Origin: Azolla caroliniana
Lineage: Eukaryota > Plantae > Polypodiophyta
Length of the DNA stretch: 64,000 nucleotides
Assembly (NCBI GenBank): GCA_043228905.1
Contig: JBHGNT010000001.1
Span: 28,706,001-28,770,000, forward strand
Direction: 5' to 3'
Part shown: piece by piece, positions 13,623 through 27,058 of the stretch
Layout: every line of letters begins with the position of its first letter
Position numbering within the stretch: position 1 is the first letter of the stretch
Notes under the pieces: generated by a model
What the model saw: the letters and a program-made list of their open reading frames with translations, nothing else
What the model was told of the DNA's origin: nothing
Databases searched by the model: none
Program-made: the position numbers and the translations under genes

Positions 13623-16600
13623 ATGGCGGGCCTGAAGCTTTCTTCTCCTCCACTCTTCCAATCCACCCCCAACCTCTCCTCTTCCTCCCCTTCTCTCTTC
13701 TGCTCTCCCCCGAACCGAACTCTCCCCTCCCGTCGCCCCGCTCCAACGCAGTCGCAACTCGATTCTGCATCAGCTGCTGCTGCTGCTTCCTCTTCCGCCA
13801 GGGAGGGCTCACAAGTAGGTCCTTCCCACAAAGATGAGGATGCAGAAGGAAGAAACGATGTACAGGACGAAATGAGCAAGATTGCCTCCGAAGACAACCT
13901 TGAAGGAGTCTTATCCAAGTACATCTGGTCTGAACCTAGCAAAACTTCTGTTTCTGCTCCGATCTCGAGGCTGGACAGAGACAAGATCGTGGAATCAATT
14001 ATCACAACGAAAAGTAGCATCCTTGACACCCTTGATCAGTAAGTACCTTTCTTCCATTGTCGTTGTCTTCTGGTGGTGTCATAAAATGCAAAATGAATCA
14101 GGGGGTACGTAAATTCTATTTCAGAAGGCTAACTTCGTTGGGAAGAGATGCCTCATATACCAGAAGGCTGATTGAATGCTTGGAATTCCAAGTGTTGATT
14201 GAGGAATCAAAGCCAACGAAAATGCTCGAAGTTTATCAGAAAATTTTACTATTTTATAATAATATTCCAAAATCTAGAGTGAAAAATGAAAGAAAAAGAA
14301 AAAAAGAAAGAAAAAGAAAAAAAGAGAGATCTACATCTCTAAAATAATAGCATATGCTACCCAGCAAAGATGACAACAGCTCACGTTAACTCATCAATGA
14401 GGTAAACAAAAATATAAATCTATGCAAGCTTCCTAAAACGAGATGGCTTGGAAGTGTAATCATGAATTTTGAATAACCAGCTATCAAGTTGGTGCCTGGT
14501 CATCAGAATACAATAGCTCAGAATTCTCCTTCCAAGGTCTAACAGTAGAGTGTGTGCTCTTTAATTACAAGTAATACGGCTGGCAATGTTTGATTGAGTT
14601 CTAGGTACAGGAGGTTGTGGAATCTAGGTCATACACCTTCTAGGAGTTATTGACACAGCATGATAGAACTGGAGCACGAGAGTATGAGAGCAGTGTGTTG
14701 CATGGGGAATTGAGGTACTGGACGTCCAGTAATTTATCAGTCATATGTGAACAACTTGATAGATGAGGTAATTTTGGGTCACTTTACATCTACACTCTAT
14801 ATATGCAAAGATGAATTGTTGAAAGTAATGACCTTTTGGAGTGTTAGAGCTATCTTTAACCTATGGTTCAATGTAGGGTATATAGATTCAAGGAGATGAC
14901 TAGTTTGTGAAATTGGACCATAGCCAATGGGCCTTGATTACGCCATCCTAGTGATTTTGCGTATGAGACTGATAGCCTGCTTCAAACCTTGAGGTTGAAC
15001 TATTAACATCTGCCACACCCATTGTCCTCTTTGTTTTGTGGTGTCCATAAGTTCCAAAACGAAGATTCTTTTGACCAATCTCATGTGTTTGCTGGTTAAG
15101 GTAGACAAAAAGAAACGTTCTGGATTTTTGCTTCTTCTGGATCACCCTTTCCATCACAAGTGCACATTTTATGTTGATGAGCATTAAAGGGAGAATAGTT
15201 TGATCTGTGTTTTGAGATATATTATGAGAGCGATGAGAAGCCTGTCATCACATTATGTGTTTTGTACTTATTCATTGGATTCCATTAGTTTGAAATCTTG
15301 TTATGTCATACATTTTCTCTTGCATCTTGATGGAATCTAGCTATTTGCCTTTGTGTCTATATAATTGTGGCCAATTTCTCTTCTAAAAGTGGCTTTGCTT
15401 TTATCTTTTCATCGCTATTATCTAGACCCGAACTGTTTCAATTGAAACGATTGTCTTTTAAAGTTAATGATGTATAGCTTTCCAAGCAGAGTTTGATCTG
15501 AAACACGCTATTGATCTCTGAAGGTAACTCATCATTGACCATGTCTGCAGACTTCGTTACAAGTTGTCTCCTTCAGATTTTACTAGCATCCTGAAACGGT
15601 TTATACAGCGAAAACAATGGGACCAAGTAGGCCTGGTAAGAATCTGAATCCTTACATTCATTCAACTACGTCCAGACACTGTTTGATTAATTTGAACATA
15701 ATTGGTGTTTACAATTATATACATTTTACATTATGTGTAGAAGCAATGGTATGATTTATATTACACATGTTGCACCAAACTACCCATGCACATGTTAGCA
15801 GAAGAATTGGAAAATTGCATTCACTAATACTTGGTAGAGTCCATTCCTATGTTTGCCATCAACCACCATTGCATCCATATGATGTAGTTGACACTCTCTT
15901 CGATGCAAGATTGTGCATTGGAAATAATCAAGGAGAGTTATCAACTATGCATATTTTTCTCTGAACAAGTTAGTGAGTCCGAGTATCACACTTGATACAA
16001 TGCTCCACCCATGACCACAATCGAGTTTGCGGTCCACACATTGTCAATTTGGTCCAATCATTGCACACATTTCGATTGATGAGAGTATGTGTGTGAGTCA
16101 AGAGAGAATCTTTGTGTGAGAGAGAGTTGAAATACAAGGTTTTTGATTGGACAAGCCAATAAGGATGTGCTATATGTGTGTGAATAGAGAGTTTTTGAGT
16201 GTGTCAGAGAGAGTTGAAATGCAGGTTTTCGATTGGATGAAAGCCAATAAGAAATTAAAACCTCAAAGTGTGTCCCTATACATCGTATTGATGGCAAAAG
16301 CAGGGCAACATAACCGAGTCTTACAGTCTTACAGAGATATTACAGATCCGGACATAAAACTTAATAAGTTTGTCTGCAACACACTTCTTAAAGTTCTTAT
16401 TGGCGCAGCACATGTTGAGAAAGCTTTCAAGGTGTTTGAGGATATGAAGGCTGATGGATTTCTTCCTGATGTGTACAGTTATAGTATTGTAAGAACGTTT
16501 TGCTGATTTCTTGTTGTAATTGTAAAGCTTTATTTTTTCAATTCTGTAGCTGAGGATGGGGTGTTTGGTTAAAAAGATTATTACAGGATGTGCAAAGCGT

Positions 16601-19600
16601 AAAGGTGCATACATGAAGGCCAAAAAGTACATGTCAGAAATGCTGTCAAAAGGTTTAAAGGCTGATTCATTTGTGTATGCATCTGTTCTTCATGTCTATG
16701 CAAGTTCTGGAATGGAGGAGGAGGCAAGGACTTTGTTTGAAGAAATGCAAGCAGATGGTATCAAACCAATAAAATTTCACTATGCTTCATTGTTCAACAT
16801 GTATGCTGAAAAGCTGAAAGCAGAGGAAGCAGAAGCATTACTTCAACATTATAAGAAGTCTGGCTTGCCTTTGGATGAGGTACACTTATGGTGAGATTCC
16901 ATTTATTAAGGTATTGAAGTAGTTACTACCTTGCTCAAAGAGTGACGTTACTTTCATGCCAGGTTATATTAAATTGTCTAATAAAGGTGTATGCAAACTC
17001 TGGGAACCTGGAGAAAGCACGGCTTATTTTTACAGAGATGCCATCTCTTGATTGTCCTCCGGGGGAGGTGAGCTAGAATGTACAAAAGAAAAGTACAAAG
17101 CAAAGTAACATCAATTTGTTACATATATATGGTGCTAACAGATTTGACAATCATGCAAAGATACATGAGATTGTTCCTTGCATCTTTTGTTGTCGAGGTT
17201 CTTTAATTTGTATACACTAATATCATGGGTAAGCATAGGATGTTACGAAATAATAGCTGCCGCAGATTTTCTGAGATTAGAGTTTGGTGCACATATTCTT
17301 GTCAGAAAGGGGAGTTAGGATTGATGTTTTCATGTCTTACGCTAGCGCAAACTTCATGAAAAAAGTCCTGAAGCTGTCTAAAACAAAAGTATATCAGCTG
17401 CAAGTAATAAAAAAGCCTTTAAATATGTTCCTAGCTATGAAAGATAATTATCTAAACGATATCACAAGCAATTAAACATCCAAAGAAGCATGAGACACAT
17501 TGGAAGAGCCATTGAATGCAAAAATAGTTTTTTAACACATTTGAAAGTTTGCTGCTGCATCCAACTGCACCTCTTAGTGCCTGCCCTAGGCAATACTACC
17601 TGGAAAAGAAGGTTCTAAGACTCGAATGAAGAAGCTTTTATGGAAATATCTCGAATAAGTTTATGTTAAATTATTCACCCCTCTCAATGATATTCCCAAC
17701 TTAATTTGAAGGTGGGAGGTCTTCATTAATTAGGACTACATAATAAGACTTTCAAGCCAGAGCCTTTACATAATTTTCAAACGGTGTGGAAGAATTGGAT
17801 ATATGATTTCTCTGATGGTGCTTAGAAAAGAAAATACATTTGATGTCTATGAAATTGGGACAAGATTCATAGTGATGCAAAGCTTATATGGGAATATCTC
17901 AAATACATTTATGTTCAACTAGTCACTTTTCTCACAAATATACTCAAATTAATTTGAAGGTGGCAGGCATTTATTAAGCGGGCATATATAAGACTTTTAA
18001 GCCAGAACCTTTACATAATTTGCAAACTCTGTGGAAGATTTGGATATGAAAACATTGCAGGTACAAAGTAACTTGTCATGAGAACTCCACCATGATTGTT
18101 TTCAGTATATTGGAGTCATTCATTGAGAGTGATCAGAAAATGCAGAATAATTTCTGAAAGTGCTCAGAAAATGTAAAACATTCGGTGTCTATAAAATCAT
18201 AATGATGTAAAGCTTGTATAGAAATATCTTAAATAAGTTTATGTTCAACTATTCGCTTCTCTATATTTCTGATTCCAATTTTATAGACACCGAATGTTTT
18301 ACATTTTCTGAGCATTCCAATGTAGTTATCTTCTACGCCCCACTATGTGTACTTTTGAATTAATATGTTTATCATTCTATCTTTCTTTAGGAATTTTAGA
18401 TAATGTTCAATTTGTGCGAATTGATATGAAGTGAATGAAAGACTTAATATTAAATGAGTTTCTTTCTAATAAACTTTTCTTTCAGTTTTTGTGACTGTCC
18501 TGCTTCTCTGTCTATCCGAGGAATAGACGAAGAAGCCAGTCACGAGATCATTTCTTGCTTGGAAGGATCTAACTGAGTTTTTTCCTTTTGTGAAGTGCGT
18601 TTATGACTTACCTGGAATAAAGGGATTCTTAATGCTAGGAAATAGTGCCTGTCATTGGGAAATTATCTTGTAATTGATTTTCTGAAAATTCCACTTGAGT
18701 AATCCAGGATTGGGGTTGCAGGTGACATATTCTGTCATGATCGATTCATTCTGCAAAACTGGTCAGTTGGAAGATGCAAGGTTGCTACTTGATGAAATGA
18801 AAACAAAGGGCATTAATCCAGGTATACTGATTTTCATTCTCTCATTTGTTTTTAGCAACATATGCTATTTTCATATCCGTCAATTAATTTGTTTGATGAA
18901 AATGGACAGGGAATCATGCATATTCTATGCTGATTTCAGCTTATTCAAAGTTGGGTAAAGCAGAGACAGTAGAAACATTAAGCAATGAAGCAATTACACA
19001 AATGAGAGGATCATTAGATTCAGGCTTATTCAACTCAATCTTGAAGTCATATTGTACACTTGGCATGAGGGATGCTATTATGGATACATTGAAAAGGATG
19101 AGCCAAGAATCTGTATCTCCAGATCGTGCCACATTTAATATACTAATATTCTACTTTTGCCAAGAAAGAATGTTTGACATTGCTTTACAGACATTCTCTG
19201 ATTTAAAGTTCCGGAAGTTTCGCCCAAATTTTGTAGGTATCACAATATGTACTTTTGTTTACTGAGAAGGTACACCCTGATTTGAAGAGAGATTAATAGA
19301 GTCAATCATTAACTTGTGCAGAACAGCTATGTACCATTGATTGTCGGCCTTGCAGAGGCTGGGAGGATTAACGAGGCAGTAAAGCTTTACACTCAAATGA
19401 AAAAGGCTGCTATACCACCATCTGAACAAATTTTTACCGCTGTAATTGATGCTCTTTGCAAAGAGAGAAGAGCAGATGAAGCTTTTAAATTCCTCAAAGA
19501 AATGATGGTAGGTTGTTCAAATTTAAAAAGTTCCCTGATTAATTAAGTACTGCTGATTTTCAATGTCCAGACCTTTGTGGAGGTAAGTATTTCATTTCTT

Positions 19601-20592
19601 AATTGCATGAACTTAAGGGGTAACTATAATGGTGGACGTAAGCAAATTCTTGAGGATGGATAATGACTAGGAATTGTAACTATATAAAATATAACAATTA
19701 TATTGCTGTTACATTAAATGTTTTGTGTGGATGCATTCATTATGTATGAGACATGGTATGATGTTTGAGACATTAATTTAATGCTCATCTACATATGAAT
19801 CTGAAGAAATGTTTTCTGACATGGCAAAAGCCTGTCTACTGCAGCCACACCATAGAATATCTATGTCAATTTGTATGTTGTAATGACTATTTCAATGTAG
19901 TCAATATTCCATGCCAACCTAGGAGGGCAAGGAAGAATAACCACGTCTGTCAAAGACCACAATGGCCTGCTTGAGCGTGTAAGATATTGCTTATGCTTTT
20001 TGCATGGAGGGCTGCCAATAAATAAACACGTGTGTATACATTAGGATGAACAATTTCTTTTCCCATTTCTCTGAAGCTGTATGAAACCAAAACTTGATAG
20101 TTAGTACCTCGTTTATATGTATTGAGTTTTGTGAAGTAATGATAGTTGTACTCTGCAGTATTTCAATCAGCGGCCCTCAGCAAGCTCATTAGAATCAATC
20201 CTCCTACTGTGTGGCTCCCACACTAAAATCTTGGATCAGATTCTTGATGGTACAGTGATTAGGCAGAGATCCATGCTTGATCAGGTAAATTTTAAACTTC
20301 CGAACATAGATAATTAAGTTTCATAGATTTTTTATGTAATATACCTGACCTGTTGAGATTACTCTATTCTAAGCTGCAGGTGAATTGGACCACTCTTCTA
20401 TCTGCATACCAGAAAGAGGGTTTACATGATGCAACGCTGAAGCTTGTCGATTTTATAAAATCCAAAGGGATTATTATTGGGAGTAAGCATAATGTGAATG
20501 AGCTGGCAGAGAAATTAAAAGAGGTGGGGCAAACCAAGATTCTTGGAGAGTTATCAGAAATTCAATTGACTACAGAATCTATACCTTCGTAA
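13623..20592 (+). CDS. P-class pentatricopeptide repeat protein, probably plastid-targeted, EMB3103/At1g10910-like. Exons: 13623-14038, 15551-15635, 16225-16488, 16577-16879, 16963-17067, 18722-18821, 18910-19232, 19322-19507, 20159-20284, 20380-20592
   Basis: Ser/Pro-rich transit peptide and tandem 35-aa P motifs (FVCNTLLKVL..., VYASVLHVYASSG, FHYASLFNMY, VTYSVMIDSFCKTG, MSQESVSPDRATFNILIFYF). Phase-consistent GT-AG introns. Motif order recalls Arabidopsis At1g10910 (from memory, not searched). Confidence 0.88.
17630..18260. repeat. Diverged ~250-bp tandem repeats (2 near-complete + 1 partial) in PPR intron 5
   Basis: AAGCTT.TATGG.AATATCTC.AATA..TTTATGTT recurs at ~17632, ~17880 and ~18210. 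TTAATTTGAAGGTGG...AAGCCAGA.CCTTTACATAATTT recurs at ~17701 and ~17949. Confidence 0.8.
18161..18314. repeat. Perfect 37-bp inverted repeat with 80-nt spacer
   Basis: 18161-18197 (TGCTCAGAAAATGTAAAACATTCGGTGTCTATAAAAT) is the exact reverse complement of 18278-18314. Confidence 0.92.
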
Positions 20593-21249
20593 GTGGTTGT
20601 ACGTGGTTGGTATCAAGCTTCAAGTATTGACCTCACAGATATTCGTGTCATAAACAATTGCTACCAGAGAACCATAATTAGATAAAAGCACATGTTACTG
20701 GGGCTACACGATGAAGGCGGCATGGCATGTTTGTTTGTCTTGCAAGAATCTGTGATATAGCAAATGCCATTTACCTTTATTCCAGTGTTATTACCAAGAT
20801 AGCTGACATGGAGCAGACATCTGGTCCCCAAAAACTGTACATCAGCTGGTGTATAATATCCATCATTGAACATCTCCTCCATTGAAATGCTTGCAAAGGC
20901 TACAAGTTAATTATAGAGTTATTAATTCTCTCTCAAATTCTAGAGAAATTGTGCACGTCATTCCTTTTCCTTAACGCAAAAAACCAGCCAGAAATCTTTA
21001 TTTAAAGTTTTTCTTTTTCTTTTTCGAAAAAGTTATTTAAAGATTTGTCGTGGTTAACCCTTTGAATGATCTAATAAATATTGAAAAATAAAAGATCGTA
21101 TGTTGTTTTATAAAGTTGCTTATTACTTTACATTCTTGAATAATGGATGTTCATTTGTAATGGCCTTATTACTTTACATTGTAGATTGATATTTTGCAGA
21201 TAAGTTATGATAAATTTCGGTTGTGCACATTAAGGGGAAGTGAATCGAA

Positions 21250-21750
21250 ACACTAGAATACAATCCTCTCTCTCTCTAGTAACAGAACACAATTATATTT
21301 CTTGTATGTAAAATCCACTTGTTACAAACACTTCTTAGAGTCCTCTACCTACTTATCCTATGTAGGGAGAGGGGCGTCCTTTAACACCCCACTAGAAAAA
21401 TAGAATATGCACTTGAAGAAATGGTCCCCACATGCTCTAACATCTAGAAATTCTACATAAGAATGCCTTTCAACTTTTTCATATAGGCTTTCACCCCATG
21501 GCTAGTATCAAACATGAAAGCATTACACATTCCAATTGTGTTGCAATCCCCAATATTGTAAAAATCGAAACAATATCTCCAACTCGTCATATGGACCATT
21601 TTGAACATAATAAGAAAAAACCCATTGTTGATGCCTCAAATAACAACGAGTTTAAACCTTGCCAAATGTCCGATAAGTACTTCTAAAATGATACATGCCA
21701 TAGGACATTTAATGGACCTATATGCATTGTCCTCCAACAGAATGGTGCAA
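21250..21750 (-). mobile_element. Possible degenerate LTR-retrotransposon 3' end (integrase C-terminus, PPT, LTR start)
   Basis: The minus strand has a G-rich GGGGTGTT junction near 21385, and upstream GPY...FHV-like residues broken by frameshifts. Confidence 0.25.
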
Positions 21751-21985
21751 AAATAAAAAAACTATATGTATTGTCCTCAATCTTCATGTTCTTTTTTGTT
21801 GTAATTACTTGCCATAACACTTCGTCTTGGGTTCAAAACCCAAATTTCTCACTTCTCTATTACATACTTCATAGTACAAACATATCTCTTAATTCACTAG
21901 ATGCCATTGTGGAATGTAGGGGTTGATCCTAGTCTCTATTACATACTTCGTACATGTCTCTTAATTCAGTAAATGTTGATCCTAG

Positions 21986-22028
<43 letters not shown>

Positions 22029-22347
22029 AAATAAAGCTGTGTTTCGCGTCAACTTTTATTTGGCGTCCATAGAATGAGAATTTGTAAAACTCGGTATGTG
22101 TGTAACTAACTAACGATGGAAGGAGAGGAGAGTCTTCTAAAATGAGGTAAGGATTGGAGGGATACATAACACCCTCGTTTGTTTTCCTTTTTGTGTGGGA
22201 TGTTAGGGCGTGGAAGGATACATGCCATGCCATGCATTACATAAGCAACCACCGTATCTACGTATATACATACATATACAGGTATGTACGTACGTATGTA
22301 TGAACGCATGCATATGTAGACGCACAGAGCGACACACACACAAGACA

Positions 22348-22386
<39 letters not shown>

Positions 22387-22395
22387 CAGAAGAAG

Positions 22396-24983
22396 ATGAA
22401 GGAGGAGGAGGTTGGAGAGGGAGGGGTGGATCGTCGTCGTTGTCGTCGTCCTGCTCATGATCATGCTACACGGGGGGTGGGAGGGTGGGGGACATCGTCC
22501 AGAGAGAAGGAAGCGCCCACCCCCACCACCACTTCCGACGAGAAACGCCATTTCCATAACTCTGACTATGTATGTAATCCATTCTATATACTCTCTCTCT
22601 CTCTCTCTCTCTCTGTGTCTGTGTCTGTGTGTCTGTGTCTTTGTCTCTGTTTGGGTTGGTTTCTGTGACTCTCCACGCCCCCGGATTAAAAACCATCACT
22701 ACTTTTTTTTAAAAGCTTTGTAAAACAAAAAACATCATCTGGCCCCATTGTCATCAACCTTTGTAAAGCTGCCCTCCCCAAGACATTGGTATTATCAACC
22801 CATCCATGACTATTTTAAAGCTTTATGTATATACTTCACAATGCCACCTACTTTCAGTGTAATCACCCAAGGTTGCATAATTGTAATTGTGGAAGGGTGC
22901 TTGCTTGCTTGCGGCGCACGCCCGCCCGCCCGCCCGCACGCCACGTAGATCAGTTGCCTACCTACACTTGTATGTGGAATGCTTTGATCTGGAAGCCTCT
23001 TAAAATGCTTTTATTAAACACGTTTGTGCTTACGTAAACGTGATCTTACCAAAGTAAATCTAAAAATTATAAGGTTATAAGTCATTCAAAGATGAGTGCA
23101 CGTAGTGGTGGAACAAGGCCAAAATCTTACATGATCATCATAATACTCTTAATAATAATCATCATCATCATCTTATAACTAGGATGCTTTAGAGAAAGAA
23201 AGGCTTGCAGCAAGAAAGTTCGGTCATGTTAGACATGATGTGTACAAGAATGTCATTCAGCCATATGACCCGACATCGTTAAGCTATGTACCTGAACATG
23301 AAAGGCTTCGAAAGGATGTCGATGTGTTTACCAAGCAAGACCATACAAATACACAATCAAAGAAAAAGGTAAGATTATTTGACCAACTCTAAGTGCTTGA
23401 ACATATTTTAATATCCTATTGAAATAACCAATATTTCTATAACAACAATCATCCTAGTTAATATTATTAGATATCATAGCTTGGATTTATTGTGATATAC
23501 AAACATACTCAACCTTTGCACGGTAGATAATACGTTGAACACACCACAATTGGCATTATTTGTGAATTTTAATAATAGTATCATCAAATCCAAATAACTC
23601 GTATATATACACAATGTAAATTGAAGGTTATTTTGGAATCGCACATTGCACAAAGAACTCAAAGAGAAAAGAAATCAATGGTAGAACGCGATGTGGAATG
23701 GGTAAAATCTCAACAACATGACGCTTGGATTCGAAATGAACATCCACATGCACGGGTGGTAGCCAACCGTACGAGTGTACCATACAATCCCATTACGCTT
23801 CAATACCATGATGGTTACGAAGGTGAAAGGGCTAAATTTAACGATGCGTCTAGTAGGTAAGTTTGTGATTCCATATATGCTCTCTAACTTGAATGCCTTT
23901 TGTAAGTAACATCACAATCATATAAATTCACTACCTAAATCACTCAATGAAATTACAATGAACCGTTGATCTATCCATTAATCAATGGCTTTTAAATCAT
24001 CTTCATTAATCATACTTAATCATCTAATGAAATAACCTTGCACATTCTAATTAGAACCATGTTTAGTGTATGTGACTAATTTACTCTATACATGCCACTC
24101 GATGAGCTTCGTAAGGGTTTTTAATATAAGAATATTGTTTTCTCATTTACTAAGAAAGGCATTTTTGTTGAGAAACTTCTTGGTTTTTGTTTTAGATCAT
24201 GTCACAAGTTTCATTACTACACAACGTTAAATCACACAATCTAATAACCTTTTAGAATCCTTTCACTCTAATGGGCCATTTGATAGAGTTTTACTAACGT
24301 CTCCCTAAACTTTTGATTCCCCCAATTTAGGTGTCGTGACCATTCATAAAATATGCCCAAATTGAGCTCAATCGTTGTGTGCTTGAATTGGTTTATCTTT
24401 GAATATGTTTATCTTGTGATTGTGAACAAATTGATTGGCAATTATGATGGAGAGATCTTAAAATTATGAGGTACTCTCGAGTCTAGGTGACCTTTAGACA
24501 ATTCTTTAAGTAGATATATGCAAAATGTTATTGTTATTTTGATATTATTTCCTTTCATGTCACCTCCACTAACATCCTTTGGGAATTTGATGAGCTTTAC
24601 TCTTGTTCTATGACACTTCATGTTCTTGTTTCTCTATGACCCTAAGAAACTTCATGTCACTTCATCATCACAAACTATGGTTTGTATAGTCAAAGGGTTG
24701 CTTTTATCCAAGGTTGGAGATGGTTCATGATATCTCTATATATCAAATAGTGTGAATATACGTTCCACCTACAAAATGATGTTATGGCACCCAATTGATC
24801 TTTTTATATAGGTGGCGAGCAGCAATGAGAGCAATAAGGATACGTAAGAAGATGAATGGGGATAAAAACTATGATGTAATCAGTTGGGAAAAGACCCCCA
24901 CAGTGAACTATCCGGAGAAGCCTATTCCTCCGTGTATTTCTAAAGAGGCTCCTCCAATAAACTTACTAACTACGCAAATGTAA
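22396..24983 (+). CDS. Uncharacterised 253-aa protein with an SVPYNPITLQY motif, candidate flagellar/axonemal protein. Exons: 22396-22569, 23183-23368, 23627-23856, 24812-24983
   Basis: Four exons join in frame through GT-AG introns (phases 0, 0, 2): ...HNSDY|DALEKERLAARKFGH...SKKK|VILESH...TSVPYNPITLQYHDGYEGERAKFNDASSR|WRAAMRAIRIRKKMNGDKNYDVISW. Exon 1 is the least certain. Confidence 0.75.
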
Positions 24984-25298
24984 GAGTACAATCATGCTTT
25001 GCATTATAATTCGTGGACTTTCTGCTTACTAAGTCACATATGTAAAACTACAATAATGATTATTTTCCTTGATTTGTACTGTATTTGAGTTTCTCCCAAA
25101 AGTGTACTTTATAAAACTATTTAAAATGTTGGAAGTTGCAAACCACATGCCTATCTATGTGCACAAAACAGAGGTGTTTTTGTTTTAAGCAAACAATTTG
25201 AGGAATATATTAATATGATGGAACCAAACTACATGCCTATTTATGAGCACAATACAATGGTATGTTTGTTTTCATGGAACAATGTCAACAATATATTT

Positions 25299-25318
25299 GG
25301 GGGGGGGGGGGGGGGGGG
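25299..25318 (+). repeat. Poly-G tract (20 nt)
   Basis: Directly visible homopolymer in an AT-rich context. Confidence 0.95.
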
Positions 25319-26049
25319 CATCTAATTTCCTTGTGTTGTTGGGGGACAAACCCAAAGTTTTTTCTTATCATGGATTATAGGTTTTCCTAAAATGGTGTGT
25401 TTTATCCCATCATGTATATTATGTGTCTACATGATCATGTTTTTTGCCAAGGGCGTTGGCTCATTAGTTCTAACTTAAACACATTACGTAAATAGGAAGG
25501 AGCACTAGGATCCTAAAACATGTGAACTCTATAATCACAAAACATTATTAGCTAGAAACATTGTTGTGATGTGGCGTGGCCAAAGGTAGAAAAAAGGGGA
25601 AAAGGGAAAAAGGTAGAATTGTCTGAAAGATTAGTAACAAACCCCTTCCACTGTGAATAAGGGCTATATCCATTCAGGTAGCATTTGTTGAACGAGCATT
25701 GTTCTAGGATTCCATTAATACTTTTGTATTTGAAAATTTCCTTGATTTTTGTTTACTCTCAAGCCTCCTCAGAATCTGAATATTAATGCAAATCGTTTCA
25801 CTATCCTTGTCGTTTAGCATTTCGTCTTCCCAATCTGAATTCCCAGATTTCTATAACAAACGTCACTTTCCATCCCGAGAAGGTCATACTTACTTTCGAA
25901 TATTGCTTTAGTATAATGAAGCAACACTCTTTCTAGATCCTCGATCTTGTGGATGGAACTACATACATATATACATATATATATGGGTAAAGAATAATAA
26001 ATAAAAGTGAATAGCAAAGTGGTTAGAGCTATTCACTTTGCTAAAAAGG

Positions 26050-26800
26050 GTGTAGAACTTAAATCTTAGATAGCGTGGCATGGATCAAGGATTAATTTTT
26101 CTTGTCGAAATAAGCTCATTCAATGTCGAAATTAGGCACCTCTTTTTTACTACAAAAAGAGAAAAGGGTTTATTTCGGGTGGCTCATTTTGTGTTTCGAG
26201 AGTGCACCATTAGGGTTTCTTCTTCTTCATCGAACTTTAGGATTTTGCTTTCTTCTTTTTCTTCTTTCCTCAACACACTTTGAGATTTTAGAGTTTCCTT
26301 CTTCGCGAGTACTTAGGGTTCTTCTTTTCGATGGTCTTCTTGTTCTCAAGCATACATTAAGACCGACTCTCTGGCGAGCATTGTTACAAATTCGTATATT
26401 CAAAGACGGGGCTAGGCAAACTCGCATGTCGGTTGTTGAAGGGGAGGATAAAGTCGAGAACACTACTCCAATTCGAGGCATCATAGCTATTGGAGGTATT
26501 CACAGTCTCAATGGCCCACTTGAACCGGAAACTTTGACTTACTCCCCAACTCTCGTCTCCATTTAAACTTAATGGGTTTCTATTAACAGTTCATCATATC
26601 GTTTTCGCTACCGCCAGTGTATCTAATCACCGCATACATTTGTAAGCTATTTTATAAAGGGATTTTTCTTTGTATTGTAGCATTCTTTGGCCTTCAAAGT
26701 GACCATTTCGTCTTAATATTGTGCAAAATGCCTCATAACCTCAAGTCTCTTTATACTCTTACTGATTATGTATTATAACCTTGCCCTCAAGTGTTAATCA
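26050..26800 (-). mobile_element. Possible decayed LTR-retrotransposon gag region
   Basis: The minus strand shows a broken C..(C)...GH....C knuckle-like stretch near 26680-26735 and a basic low-complexity stretch (ERRKRRKQNPK). No intact domain. Confidence 0.25.
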
Positions 26801-26861
26801 TCATTCAGGTAATTGCACCCTTTGCGTTTGCATAACTTTTGAGTCAGAAAAGAGCTTTTAA

Positions 26862-27058
26862 AGTCTGGGCTCCCTTCGCGTCTAGGGGTGTTTCGACTCT
26901 GAGCCCCCTTTGACTCTAGACTCCCCTTGACTCTAAGCTCCCTTATAGTCTAGGCTCCCTTCAATTCTGGGGACCTTTCAACTCTAGGCTTCCATCAAGT
27001 TGTGGCTCCATTCGACTCTAGGCTCCGTTTGAGTTTGAGGATGCTTCGAGTCTAGGAC
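26862..27058. repeat. Degenerate minisatellite, ~20-21-bp unit (consensus ~TTCGACTCTAGGCTCCC), about 9 copies
   Basis: Recurrent GACTCT(A/G)G(G/A)CTCCC variants across the interval. Confidence 0.8.

Noticed and set aside
15770-16075. Copia-like remnant (RNGLYQV on the minus strand) in PPR intron 2
   Set aside because: A single weak motif amid stops; not supportable without a search.
22258-22723. Alternative-frame ORFs suggesting a secreted peptide (IVVVVVVLLMIML)
   Set aside because: No ATG before the hydrophobic stretch in that frame. The MKEEEV frame splices in phase to the downstream exons, and the other frames run into microsatellites.
26862-27058. CRISPR-like array
   Set aside because: Units are adjacent and degenerate with no unique spacers; eukaryotic context with no cas genes.
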